Shown here: positions 26,227-39,100 of the stretch, one piece after another
Numbering within the stretch: position 1 is the stretch's first letter
How the letters are laid out: each line of letters opens with the position of its first letter
Assembly: GCF_036365525.1 (NCBI RefSeq)
Contig: NC_090404.1
Location: 13,606,550-13,670,549 of the forward strand
Direction of reading: 5' to 3'
From: Heterodontus francisci
Lineage: Eukaryota
Length of the DNA: 64,000 bases
Position numbers and translations under genes: made by a program
Notes under the pieces: generated by a model
Told to the model about the DNA's origin: nothing
The model's database searches: none
What the model saw: the letters and a program-made list of their open reading frames with translations, nothing else

Positions 26227-26254
26227 GAATCTCTCGATTGCATTTCAATTCTTA

Positions 26255-26270
26255 AATAAAAACCAATAAA
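26255..26270 (+). terminator. Polyadenylation signals of the secretory form
   Basis: Two AATAAA hexamers (26255-26260, 26265-26270) just after the stop codon. Confidence 0.75.
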
Positions 26271-27339
26271 GACCTTTTCTTACAATCGCGATTTAAATAC
26301 ACAACGCTGAATTAAGTTTGCTTCCCACATTTGCTGAGGGTTGGTCTTTTCATCTAAAGCAGGATATTTGCAGTTCTCGGGTCTTGTAGAACCAGTGCTC
26401 CCAGCTCAGATACACCACAGGTTAGTGACGGAAGAAAGCAGATTCATTACAGGATTCCGTAGAGTAACTTCAGTCACGTTCCTGCCTCTGGGAGGAAATC
26501 TGCAATTTTCCCTTTTCGAACAAACAACTGCAACACATATAGATCTCGATGTTCCGGCTTCTCGTGTTATCCATCCCTTCAGAATTGGGGTCAGTTTGAA
26601 GTTGCAGCATCACACTCACTGGGAACTGAAATGAGGGTCACACACGAACACGAACTTTACCAAAAAGCCCCCCCCTTAGAAAGAGGGGAAAGGACAACTT
26701 ATTAACACACTGCAACTCCACTTCCTAAACAGAGACAGGGAAAGGGCAATTGTTAATCCATTGTAACTCCACTTCTCCAATAGAGAGTGGGCAAAGGCAG
26801 TTGTGAACCGACTGTACGTCCTCTCCCCAATTTCTTCAACAGGGAAAGGAGCAAGGACATTTGTTCACCCACTATACTCCCACTCCCCAGAGAGATTATA
26901 TGAACCATCAGTTGCCATCAGTACAAAGTCGGCTTCTAGCTCACTATGCAAAGGTTTTAAGCTTTCCGCATGGGAATAAAATTGTAAAATATATATTCAT
27001 GTAGCATAATATCTTTAAACCTTTCCCCGTTAATCTTATTCGAACACATTTCATTTTAATAGTCTAAATCTAACTGGTGATAGAATCCTCCTCTGTTTTT
27101 TTCACGCTTGTGTTCCTGATGTTTCTGAGGCCCATCAGTTTCTTTATCCATGTGTGTGTCAGTTTCTGAGGCCCATCAGTTGCATTACTGAATGCATTCA
27201 GCAGATGTCACATTGCAATTCGCACAGAATACATTTATACACAGAACGGTGAAGAATGTTTTCTACAATGCACACCGTCAAGGCCAGACCCGATTATTGG
27301 TTTTCTGTGGAACTTGAAAAGTGATAAAAATCCACAGGC

Positions 27340-28200
27340 ACACGAACGCAAACACACACATACACCTACATACACGAACAAACCTAATTGCTGATATAAA
27401 CGCTCCCATAGTCACACACACAAACATAAACATAAACATTCACTTTAGTACAGTCTCACGGACACAGAAACATAGACATAAAAGCACAGACTAGGATACA
27501 CCATTAACACACGTACATGGACGCTCATACTCGCACACTAACAAACTCACAAAGAAACACATCGATAAATAGACACATGAACATACTCACCCACACAAAT
27601 AAACATTAATATACTGACACACACATGGATAAAGAAACAGACACATAAACACATACATCAGCACACATGTACAAATAATCACACATTCACACACGCATTA
27701 ATTCATAAGTGTGAAGATTTACACATGAACACACATATTATCACACTAATGGGGGCATAAACACACATAAACAAACATGTTAACACACCCATATACACAC
27801 ATTGACACATAAGCAGGCATTAACTTACAGGGACACTTAAACACATCCACCAAAACAGAAACACAGATTGACAAATTCACACATAAACAAATATTAACAC
27901 GCTCATATACACACACATGGACAGGTAGGCACAACATACATACATACACACACACACGGACACACACATGCGGTCACTGGAATACACATATCAGTTCACA
28001 TTGACACATTAACACACATGAATATACATGGACACATACACACAGCTATCAACATATAAACAAGGACATTAATACACTCACACTTAGGTACATAAACGAA
28101 CAAATAAACACACCCATTAACACACACACGCACAGATGGATACACAAAAACAGAGTATTGCAAAGCAAGAAATACTCATACAAACATACACAAGCACTAA
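27340..28200. repeat. CA-rich low-complexity tract
   Basis: Degenerate (CA)n/(CATA)n between CH4 and TM1. Confidence 0.8.
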
Positions 28201-28798
28201 AGCGCACTAAGAAAAACGCCAGACTATAGAAGAGGGCAGAATTCAAATGTACTGTTGGAACAGCCACCATCTCCAACAATTTCCCTAATACATGTTGGAC
28301 CTGCAATCATAATGAAACAATGTTCTCACTTAGAAGCTGAGATAAATTAATGATTTATGACCACTTTCATCACAAATAAACAAACAAGATTGGAACTCAC
28401 TTCCGATCGCTTACCCAGCACAATTGACAATCTCCAAATAAGTAGCTATCTGAAGCTATCTTCAAAATAATTGTTATCGGTCAGTAAACCTCCCTCGATA
28501 TCTCACCATAATAATCTCTAATGATAGAACGAAATTGATCCAAAATAAAACAGCGCCTGACACTGAAAAAAAAACGGACATATTTTCCAACACGGCCTGG
28601 GCGAGGTTCATAAAGGAAGCACGGCTGTGGAGTTAGTAACAGAGATAGATTGCTGAATGTGATTAACAACAGTAGATATGTAGTGAAAATTGAATTCAAG
28701 CACAAAATGAAGGACGAGGACTGCGAATGCAAAATAGCAGTCTTATATACTGGATTAATAAACGATCTAAATATATTTCCTCCTCTACATCCCTGTAG

Positions 28799-28926
28799 AT
28801 TCCTCAGACCACATCTGGATTGAAGACAATGAGGAAGAGAGAAACAACACCTGGACAACCGCTTCCACATTCATCATCCTGTTCTTCCTGAGCATTTTCT
28901 ACAGTGCTGCTGTCACTCTGGTGAAG
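28799..28926 (+). CDS. IGHM: IgM TM1 exon
   Basis: DSSDHIWIEDNEEERNNTWTTASTFIILFFLSIFYSAAVTLVK, containing the conserved antigen-receptor TM motif; ag/gt borders. Confidence 0.93.
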
Positions 28927-29072
28927 GTGTGAATATTCAATCCACTCACACTTCAATCTGACTGAAGCTGTTTAACAAAACTCTAAAATTTTCATTGATT
29001 AAAAAAAAAACTCTGAGATGAATTTCCCGGAACACGAAATCTTTGCTTCATTCTTTTGACCCTCTTTTACAG

Positions 29073-29081
29073 ATCAGGTGA
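29073..29081 (+). CDS. IGHM: IgM TM2 exon (I-R-stop)
   Basis: Polypyrimidine tract cctcttttacag followed by ATC AGG TGA. Confidence 0.7.
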   Translation: MR

Positions 29082-30757
29082 TCGATTGAATTTGAGCCGC
29101 CCTGGATTTTCCTCATTTTTTTAACATCTCTGTATTACCAAACAAACTGTAAAAGAAAAATGCCGTCAGTTTATGGTTCTGAATCTGTAGCTGAGAAAAC
29201 CATAAACAATATTTCCGTTTTTCTGTTTGAAATGTATGAGATAATCTTGGCTATAATGTAAATGTATCTTCGAGTTTCATCGTTGTTTGAATTTCATGTG
29301 TAAATAAGTAACTATTCCTTATTCACAATTGTTTCCTTCCCTTTATGTTGAGCCCTGTTTTCTCTTCCTGGTCTGTTACAGTTTTACAGATAGCAGACCG
29401 CATGTGTTCTGTTCTCAATGTGACACACAGTTGTCGTATTCATTTTGGATTCTTTCTTTAAAACAAAAGTTCTCTGCAAAACGTTCCTTTTGCAATTGTT
29501 AATAAATCTTGAATAACGAATGCACGAACTTGGACTGCGATGAGTTATTTGCCCTAAGACCATCAACACTGCTTCATGTTTCCTGTTACACGTTTTCGCC
29601 CTTTCCTTACAGCTATTTTTCACCAGTTCAGCCTGGGTTGTTTTTGAACCCAAGGCCTTTTGGTGAAGGAGCTGCTGTGCCATCCGGAGTCCTATCAGAG
29701 TAAAGACACCTTTTTCCTCTGCGAAATTATGCCAATCCCCAGAGGTGGGATGACCGCACAGAGACCTAGAGCACCTTGCTGACTTCTCTGATCTAATGGT
29801 CTGTCACAGTCACATGTCAGGTTGTATTAAAGAGCAGCGCTCTGCTCCATCACAGCCTGATACAGTGTAGTATGTGGAAGAATACTGTCCCATCAAACAC
29901 TCCCAGGACAGGTACAGCACTGGGGTTAGATACAGAGTAAAGCTCCCTCTACACTGTCCCCATAAAAAAAAAGATTAGATATAACACAGACACATGGGGG
30001 AGCACACACTCTGGGAATGATTCCTCGAGACTGGTGCATATCTGACACAATATACCATCGAGCGTAAATGCTGGGAATTATTAGAAAAGCCTGGAGTCCG
30101 TCTGATACAACAGGCAGAACAAACCCAGGAATGATTCCCACAGACTGGGGCCTATCTAATGCACCGGAGAGGACAGCCTCTGGGAATGATTTCCAGGGCC
30201 TGAAGCCTATGTGACAAACATAGAGGCAGACTGCCTGGGTTGATTCCCAGAGCCTGGGGCCTATCTCACACAACAGAGAGCACAAACCATGGAAATGATA
30301 CGACGATACTGAGGCCTAGCTGATGAAGAGACACCATCTTTGTATTTTTTGTTATACGCACAACACACACTGCCCACCGGTTCGGTCCGACACACACACA
30401 CACACAAACACACACTGACTCATCACTTTTCTCTTCTGCATGTGCCGACTATTTGCCTCCACCTTTTCTGCTATGCCCTTTACTCTCGCCCCTCCATCAC
30501 ATGTTTCCCTGATAATCTTTGTTCCGCTCCATTCCCTATTATACCATCTCCCTGAACGCACAGAACATCACCCAAGATCCGCTCTCCCTGCTCCATTCCC
30601 TTTGATACCATCTCCGTGAACTTACAGAACATCGCCCCAGGAATCCGCCGGTGAGCTTCACACCTCCACTACCTAAGTTTCTCTCCCGTCCATATCGTCG
30701 GAGGTTTCTGTTCAGACCCGAGAATCTTCCGGTATTTTTCCTTCTAATGCTGAGTCG

Positions 30758-31088
30758 CTTAGCACCGCAGCCTCATAGCTCTAGCGACCCGGGTTCAATT
30801 CTGGGTACTGCCTGTGCGGAGTTTGCAAGTTCTCCCTGTGTCTGCGTGGGTTTACGCCGGGTGCTCCGGTTTCCTCCCACAGCCAAAGACCTGTAGGTTG
30901 ATAGGTAAATTGGCCATTATAAATTGCCCCTAGTGTAGGTAGGTGGTAGGAGAATGGTGCGGATGTGGTAGAGAATCTGGGGTTAATATAGGATTAGTAT
31001 AAATGGGTGGTTGTTGGTCGGCACAGACTCGGTGGGCCGAAGGGCCTGTTTCAGTGCTGTATCTCTAAATAAATAAATAAACAAATAG
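30758..31088 (+). mobile_element. HE1-like shark SINE
   Basis: ttagcaccgcagcctc...gacccgggttcaatt...gtgctgtatctct(aaat)n. Sister copies at 43588-43900 (+), 56870-57182 (-), 58480-58835 (+) and 59931-60275 (-). Confidence 0.8.
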
Positions 31089-31789
31089 ATTCAGGCGCGA
31101 GGTCTCCTGTGCTTGAATATCACACGAGGTTAAGGGAGGGCAGCATGAACGCCCCTTCTGAAGGGCTTGGCATGATATTTGGGAATAGGTGGCATTGATG
31201 TTTGAACTCAATCTCTATCCTCTCTTCTCCTTCACCACCATCATTCTTGGACGCCCGGCTCTCTAAGCTAGATTTATCTTTCGCCGCCATCACTGTGAAT
31301 CCAGGTCTCCATCCATTCCGCAGACTCGGGAAAACACGCTGCGTGCACTGTCCTTTAAGATGTAAGGACTGACCCCTTCGGCCACAGCCTTGAGACAGAA
31401 GTCACAGGGGCTGAGCGCAGGCTGCCGAGGGCCCGTGACCCCTGACCCTGAATCAACCAATTACGGATTTGTGACGTAAATAAAGCACCGTGGCGTCATC
31501 ACAGCTGGGCAAACGGGCGTCCGCCATTTTGTGTGACGTCACCCACTGCTAATGTTTGCTAGTTATTTAAAAGAACAACTCGATTCAAAGGAAAACGGAC
31601 TTCAGTTTGCAACAAAATAGCAACTTGATCTTAATTATCAAAGCGAAAGTTTGGTCCGCGCGAGTATACAAAGAGCTGTGCTACAGATAGGGGCCTTTCC
31701 CAGCCGCTGTGAATTCTGGGAACCACAGCCCTCCATGACCCAATCATTAAATGAGTCATTCTAAACTTCCGTCCAGCCGCTAGCTTCCC

Positions 31790-33420
31790 GTGTTGTTGAC
31801 CCCGACAGACTGAAAGTGAGGTACAAACCTGGTGAGGCTTCAACAGAGAACTGCATGCATGCTAAACAGCGGAAGCAGCATGCCATCGGCAGAGCTCAAC
31901 AACCCCACAACAAACGGATCCGAGCAAAGCTCTGCTGACTTGCCACATCAAGTCGTAAATGATGGTGAACAATTATAACCTGGGGAAGCCCAGCACATCA
32001 GTGCAAAAGACAAGACTGAAATCCTTACAGCCAGAAGTGCCGAGTGGATGATTTATCTTAGCCTCATCCTGAGGTCCCCAGCATCTCAGAAGACATTCTT
32101 CAGCTAATTTGATTCACTCCACGTGATATCAAGCAATGGATGAAGGTACTTGATGCAGCAAAGGCTATGCACCCTGACAACATCCCAACTGCAGTACTGA
32201 AGACTAATGCTCCAGAACTAGTTACGCCTCTAGCCAAGCTGTTCCAGTACAGCTACAACACTGGCATCTAGCCGGCAATGTGGAAAATTGCCCAGATATG
32301 TCCTGTCCACAAAAAAACCCCCACAAATTCAACCTGGCTAATTACTGCCCCATCAGTCTATACGCATCATCGGCAAAGTAATGGAAGATGTCATGACAAT
32401 GCTATCAAGCATCACTTACTCACCGATGGTCAGTTTGGGTTCTGCCAGGGCCACTCGGCTCCAGACCTCATTAGACCCTGGATCCAAACATGGACAGAGG
32501 GGGTGATTTCCACAGGTGAGGTGGCAGTGACATCAGAGCAGCACTTGAGTGTGGCATCAAAGTGCCGTAGTAAAACTGAAGTGAATGAGAATCAGGGGGA
32601 AAACTCCCACTGGTTGTAGTCATACCTAGCACAAAGGTATATGGCTGTACCTGTTAGTCCCAGGGCATCGCTGCAAGAGTTCCTCAAGGTGTGTCCTTGG
32701 CACAAACATCTTCAGCTGCTTCATCAATGATCTTCCCTCCATTATAATGCCAGAAGTGGGGGTGTGCACTGATGATGGCAGTGTTCAGTAGCATTCGCAA
32801 CTCCTCAGATACTAAAGTAGTCTTTGCCCACATGCAGCAAGACCTGGACAACATTCAAGCTTGGGCTGATAAGTGGCAAGTGACAGACAATGACCATCTT
32901 AAACAAGAGATAATGTAACCTTCTCCCTTTGACATTCAACGGCATTCCATTGCTGAATCCCCCACTATCAGCATTCTGGATGCTAACATTGACCAGAAAC
33001 TTAACTGGACTAGCCGTATAAATACAATGGCTACAAGAGCAGATCAGAGGGTAGGAATTCCGCAGCGAGTGATTCACCCCCTGACTTCCCAAAGCCTGCC
33101 CACCATCTACAGTGTGAAGGAATACTCTCCACTTGCCTGGATGAGGGCATCTCCAACAAAACTCAAGAAGCTCGACACCAACGAGAACAAAGCAGCCCGA
33201 TTGATTGGCATCCCATCCACCACCTTGAACATGTATTCCCTCCAGCGCCAATGCACAGTGGCAAAAGTGTGTCCCATCTACAAGATGCACTGCAGCAACT
33301 TGCCAAGGCTCCTTCGGCAGCACCACTGTCTCTTGGTCAAAATCCTGGAACTCCCTTCCTAAATATACTATGGATATACCCGCACCAGATGGCCTGTTCA
33401 AGAAACCAGTTCGCCATCTT
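31790..33420 (+). mobile_element. Decayed LINE (CR1/L2-like RT)
   Basis: WKIAQICPVHKK, QFGFCQGHSAPDL and IFSCFINDLPS fragments. Confidence 0.85.
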
Positions 33421-34154
33421 CTCCAGATGTTTGTCTGTTTATGTGTTATTAAGTACCATTTTGAATGGAAACAATTGTTATCATTCATCTTCGGACTATA
33501 CAGTGACATTGGATTAATGAAAAACAATTATTCCAACAGTTCACTATCTGAGTCAACAATGCGATACCACCTGTAATTTACTCTCGCTGTAAATAGACCG
33601 CCGTGTGCGGTGTTATCACACAGAAGTATTTCCTGTAATCTCCAGCTGTCACCTGTGAATCCAAGAAATTGACGACTCTGCAAGATTTCGCCAAAGATGA
33701 GGTGCCGGAGCGCCATCCAGTGGCATCAGGCGGTAAATGGAATCCTGTCTGTGAAACATTTGCAAGCTCAATTTATCAATGAAAATGCTGCATATCATAT
33801 TGAACTGTTATTATGCTAGAGTACTATAGTTGTCATTGTTTTATTTTTATGAATATTATAACTGCTAAACATTTTATTGTTTTGCTCTTACTACGGTTGC
33901 TATTTTGTATTATCTCTGAGATTTCATGTCTCAGCTTTCTGGTATGCCCAAGTCACTAACACATTGCATGCTCATTTTTGTACATTAGAGGGACTTCACG
34001 TTAATAATTCCTCAATTCACCTGACTAGATTTTTTATTTCGTAAGAATTGAAGTTTCCCGAATCATCAAATGCGAGATCAAGCAATAATCATCAACTCAA
34101 TGACACGAAAGTGATTAATACTTTGCTGTTGAAATTTAATTTGTATGTTGGATC

Positions 34155-34193
<39 letters not shown>

Positions 34194-34763
34194 ACACACA
34201 CAGATTATAGTACAAATATAAACTACCTGAGTTAAGAATAGAGCAAAGGTCCCCGTACACTGCCTAGTCACACACTCCCAGAGCAGGTACAGTATGGATT
34301 AGATATAAGAGTAAAGCTTCCTGTACACTGCCTCATCAAACACTCCCAGAGCAGTTACAGTATGGGTTAGTTACAGAGTAAAGCTCCCTCTACACTGTCC
34401 CAGCAAATTCTATGAGGGCAGGTACTTCACGGGTTAGATACAGAGTAAATTTCCCTCTACACTGTCCCATCAATCACTCCAGGGCAGATACAGCACAAGA
34501 TAATATCCAGAGAGACTCTGCCAGAATCGGGCAGGATTATGCGTGAAATGGAGAAAAATAAACGCTTTTACAAGTAAACAGTACATATTATTTTATTATC
34601 AGAAAAATAAGGATTCTGATGATGCAATTTACTCATTTAAATTGCCTTATTTCTGATCTTACTTGTATCGCACGAGCTTCTGTAACCTGTGAACTGCTTC
34701 TCTCCTCACGCCCCATGCTCAGTGTGTTATCGTACAGGCTCCTCATCTCTATGTTTCACCGTG

Positions 34764-35044
34764 CCTCACTGCACTGTAATACACAGCAGCGTCTGACAGC
34801 CGAGACGTGTTAACGGTGAGAGTGGTGGAGCCTTTCTCACTGTCCACAGATATTTTAAACCTTCCCTCAACTCTCTCATCTCTGAATGTGGAGACGAGAT
34901 ATTGGGGAGCTTGATTGGAGAACTGCCGGTACCAGAATATAAACTCATTTGTAGAGAAAGTAGCGTTGTGATGAAGTGAAATGGTTTGTCCTTCGGTTCC
35001 TTGATGCATCGACGTCTGGAATGTCTCCTGGTGACAAGGAACAG
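34764..35044 (-). pseudogene. TCR alpha/delta-type V exon, open frame but both canonical Cys lost
   Basis: ...GQTISLHHNAT...IFWYRQFSNQAPQYL...LSDAAVYYSAVR. 23-RSS: CACGGTG (34757-34763), 23 nt, ACGATAACA (34725-34733). No clear leader. Confidence 0.85.
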
Positions 35045-35704
35045 CTGTCAAAGCAAGAACAAAAAATTAACATAATGATCTGTACAAGGAGAATGAAATA
35101 CTAAAATAAAACAAAATACTGCAGATGCTGGATATCTGAAATAAAAGCAGAAAGTGACGGAAATACTCGGGTCAGGCAGCATCTGTGGAGAGAGAAGCAG
35201 AGTTAATATTTCAGGTCTGTGATCTTTCATCAGAATCTGTTCGGTTGAGAGGGAAAAATGGAGTAATCTACGCATTTCTCCATCTATCTACCTATCTGTC
35301 GGTCTATCCTTTGATATATCTATTTATTTATCTATGCATTCACCCATCTATATCTACCTCTCTATTTATATATATTAATTTATCTCACTTTCTCTTGTTC
35401 TATTTGTCTGTCTATCTCGGTGTGTGTGATGCAGTGTTCCATGTCCGTTCATGTACGTACTTTGCAAGTTGTGCAAGCAAACATAGAATATCTTAGTTAA
35501 CTCATTTCAATGCACTGTAGCTGTAGTAACAACTACAGGATGCTGCAAATTTATCCCGACGGAAGTTTAAACACGGGCAATTAACATTTCTGAATATCAC
35601 CGAAACTTTTAAAGGGCTTTATTTGGGGAAAGGTGAACGGTGCAGCGGAGCCACGGCAGCAAACAAGATATTGTGCAGCTGGATCCGCTCTTTGCCTCAC
35701 TGTG

Positions 35705-36132
35705 TCCCCCTGGCACAGTAATACAGTCCGGCGTCCAGGGCCGTGGTGTCATCTATAGAGATGGTGTTGGACTTCTTTACTCGGTCTAAGGACAGTGTGT
35801 AGCGTCCTTTAGCCTCAGTCCCCTGGTATATGGAGCCGATAAATGTCGGGGCCCCGGTCAACGTTTGTCTGTACCATGCTACGGTATCCTGAGAAGTAAT
35901 GGAGAGCCGGCAGTCCAGTTCAGCCCGTTCACCTTCCCGAGACACCACCTGCTCAGGGTCTGAGCTCTGATCCTCACACCGAACGGCTGTGAACAAAACA
36001 AAATCACTCAACAACCGCGAGATATTAAGAGTTTGATGAAACAAGGTGTCTGATCCGATAAATAAACTCACACAACATCAAGAGCACCAGAACTCCAACT
36101 GGAAGCAGGTTTTTGTGGAGGTTTCTGTTCAT
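35705..36132 (-). CDS. TCR alpha/delta-type V gene, apparently intact (leader 36072-36132, V exon 35705-35986)
   Basis: Leader MNRNLHKNLLPVGVLVLLML with donor gtgagt. V exon VRCEDQ...AELDC...WYRQ...DAGLYYCARG. RSS CACAGTG (35698-35704), 23 nt, ACAATATCT. Confidence 0.9.
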
Positions 36133-39100
36133 GATGGTGAAGATGGACAAAAGGCGGATCAATCAGGGTCTGATTTCCAGACTAGGACTTGCTGCCGAGT
36201 CCCAGGCTCTCAATGGTGAGGAGGGGGAGGAGAGGGGAGAGCTTTACATTCTCCTCGTACAGTGTGAGACTGATGGGCGACATTCACCAATCGGATAATA
36301 GGGGATGTCGTCACCTGACGTTATTCACTGTGACTCTCAGTGATTGGCTGTTTCTCAAACCTTTGACCTCTTGTACCGTCGCTGGGAGGGAATTTCTCTT
36401 GTCGCTGCATAAAGCAACAGGTTAGATTTTTCATGAAGATTTGATCTCTATTGTCTTTCAAATTCACAATGCCAGTATTGGTCTTAGAGCCATAAACTTT
36501 TACAGCACAAAGGGAGAGGCCATTCGGCCCACCACCCTTTTGCTGCCTTTGTGAATGAACTGTACACACATAGACCCAATCATCTGCCTGTTCACTGCAT
36601 CTTATGTTTTTTTAAAAAAATATTTTCACCTTTTCATACTTTTCTCCACTTGGTTCTTAAACCTGCCCACAGATTCTGTTTCTATCAATATTTCTTGTTG
36701 GGTCATCTCATCCACTAACAAACCTGCACTGAAAGATATAGCAATCTACTAAACTCTCCCTCTGTTCAATTACTGATGATCTGAAATGTTGCCCTCCAGT
36801 GATCCACTGAACGGCCAGTCGTGCTAACTGTGTTTGTCTTTCACCTTTTCCTCAACTTTCCTAATTATGAGCCCTGTCTGTCACACCACTTCTGTTCTGC
36901 TGATCAGATCCTCTGTTCTTTCAGTCTCCACTCAAAAAATATAGTTTCTCAACCGTGCTTCATCTTTTCAAATCTCTCCCGCTCCCTGTCCATGAATTTG
37001 GCATTTTTAAAAGACGGAATCGAAACCTGGATCAGATATTCGAACTGTGACCTCACCAATGATGTATACTAATTTATCATCGTTTCTGTATATTTAAAAA
37101 TCCCAGCTCCTCTTTATAAACTTTGGATTCTTTAACCCCTTCACAGCATCAAGAACTTGTTCCCCACTTTTTGCCTCTGAACACCGTTATTTGTCTACTT
37201 TACATTTAACATAGTTTTTTTATTCATTCGTGGGGTGTGGGAGTCACTGGCTAGCCCATCACTTGTTGCCCATCAGTACTAGGCTGTTTCAGAAGGCATT
37301 TTAAGAGTCATCCACATTGCTGTGGTTCTGGAGTCACATGTAGGTAAGGTCTAGTGAACCAGATGGGTTTTTACAACAATCGATAATGGTTTCATGGCCA
37401 CCATTAGACTAGCTTTTTGATTCCATGTTATTAACTGAATTTAAATGTCACCATCTGCGGCGATGGGATTCGAATCCATGTCCCCAGAGCATTAGCCTGG
37501 GCTCTGGATTACTAGTCCAGTGACAAAGAACAAAGAACAGTACAGCACAGGAACAGGCCATTCGGCCCTCCAAGCCTGCGCCGATCTGATGCCTGCCTAA
37601 ACTAACACGTTCTGCACTTCCGGGGCCCATATCCCTCTATTCTCTTCCTCTTCATATATTTGTCAAGATGTCTGTTAAACGTCGCTATCGAATCTGCTTC
37701 CACCACCTCCCCTGGCAGCAAGTTCCAGGCACTCACCACCCTCTGTGTAAAAAATATGTCTCGCACAGCCCCTCTGAACTTTGCCCCTCTCACCTTAAAC
37801 CTATGTCCCCTAGTAACTGACTCTTCCACCCAGGGAAAAGCTTCTGACTATCCACTCTATCCATGTCGTTCATTACCACTACGCCACCGCCTGCCTTTTA
37901 ACATAGTGTCCGTATGGTTTATGTGATCTCATTGCATAAAACAAAAAGAAACGGTAAGATTTGATTATACTTTATCGCCATTTTCCTTGTTGCATTTTTG
38001 ACAATGTCTGATTGTCCTCTTGGCCCGGTGCCTTCATGAATCTTCTTAATGGGGCAGGCGCGCCGCCTAATGGCGATTGCGGGTAAGTTTTGCCTATTGA
38101 ATTTGTCAAACTTGGTATTTAGTCCCTGAAGTATTTGTATTTTTGTCTACTTATTTTACTGTGAAGAGGATGTTTACTACTGAGAGAAATTAACCTAACA
38201 CGGAGTAAGTATTGCACTAACTTCCACTTTAATTTATTTGATTTGACGTCGCACTACGGAAAGGGATGAAATTCAATCAACACGGCATAAAATGTTGCAT
38301 TTTAAATTAGTTGCAGGAATATGGGCATCTCTGGCAAGACTGGTACTTATTAAGCAACCCTAGTTCTCCTGGTGACTCTCTGGAATTATGTAAGTGAGTT
38401 TTTAACAATATGACGCCACCGTATTTGATGTATCCCAGGGAAATCACGGCTGCCGAGTAACCTCAGCCACACTGGATTCATACAAATGTGTCTTCTTAAA
38501 GTTGCGACGCCATTAACCTTTCCTTAACCCCTTACGTTTTTGATGAAATGACACAAAATGATACTACAACAATTCTGATTGTTTTCTAAAGGGAGACTAA
38601 ACATGCTGAGGATGAAAATCCTGAACTCAATTATTGAAAACTGGTAGCTATTCTATTACACTTGGCCCAATTTCACTTTTACTGCACGGGAACGTGTCTC
38701 TGTTCATAATGCAGTAAACATGGTTGTTCTTTATATTACACTAGACCCTGCTCCAGTTATTACTGCACTAGACCATGTCGCTGCTTATTTTACACTAGGC
38801 CCTGTATCAGCTTCTGTTATAGTAGACCCTGTCTCAGTAACTTCTGCATTAAGTTTGCTTTTGTTATATTACACGAAGGAGTCTCCTTGTTATTACTAGA
38901 CCAAGTCATGCCTCTATTTATATTGTACTAGACCTTTTTTCTTTTACATCACTCTAGGCTCTATCTCAGTTATTAATTCATTAGACCATGCCTCTGTTTA
39001 TATTATGCCGAACATCATCAATAGCGGTGCAATGTGATGCAGAATTTAAAGATATAGAGACATATATCAACCTAACTGCAGGTCAGTGACTCTGAATTCC

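Noticed and set aside
27746-28306. Cys/Val-rich ORFs
   Set aside because: They are translations of CA/TG low-complexity sequence.
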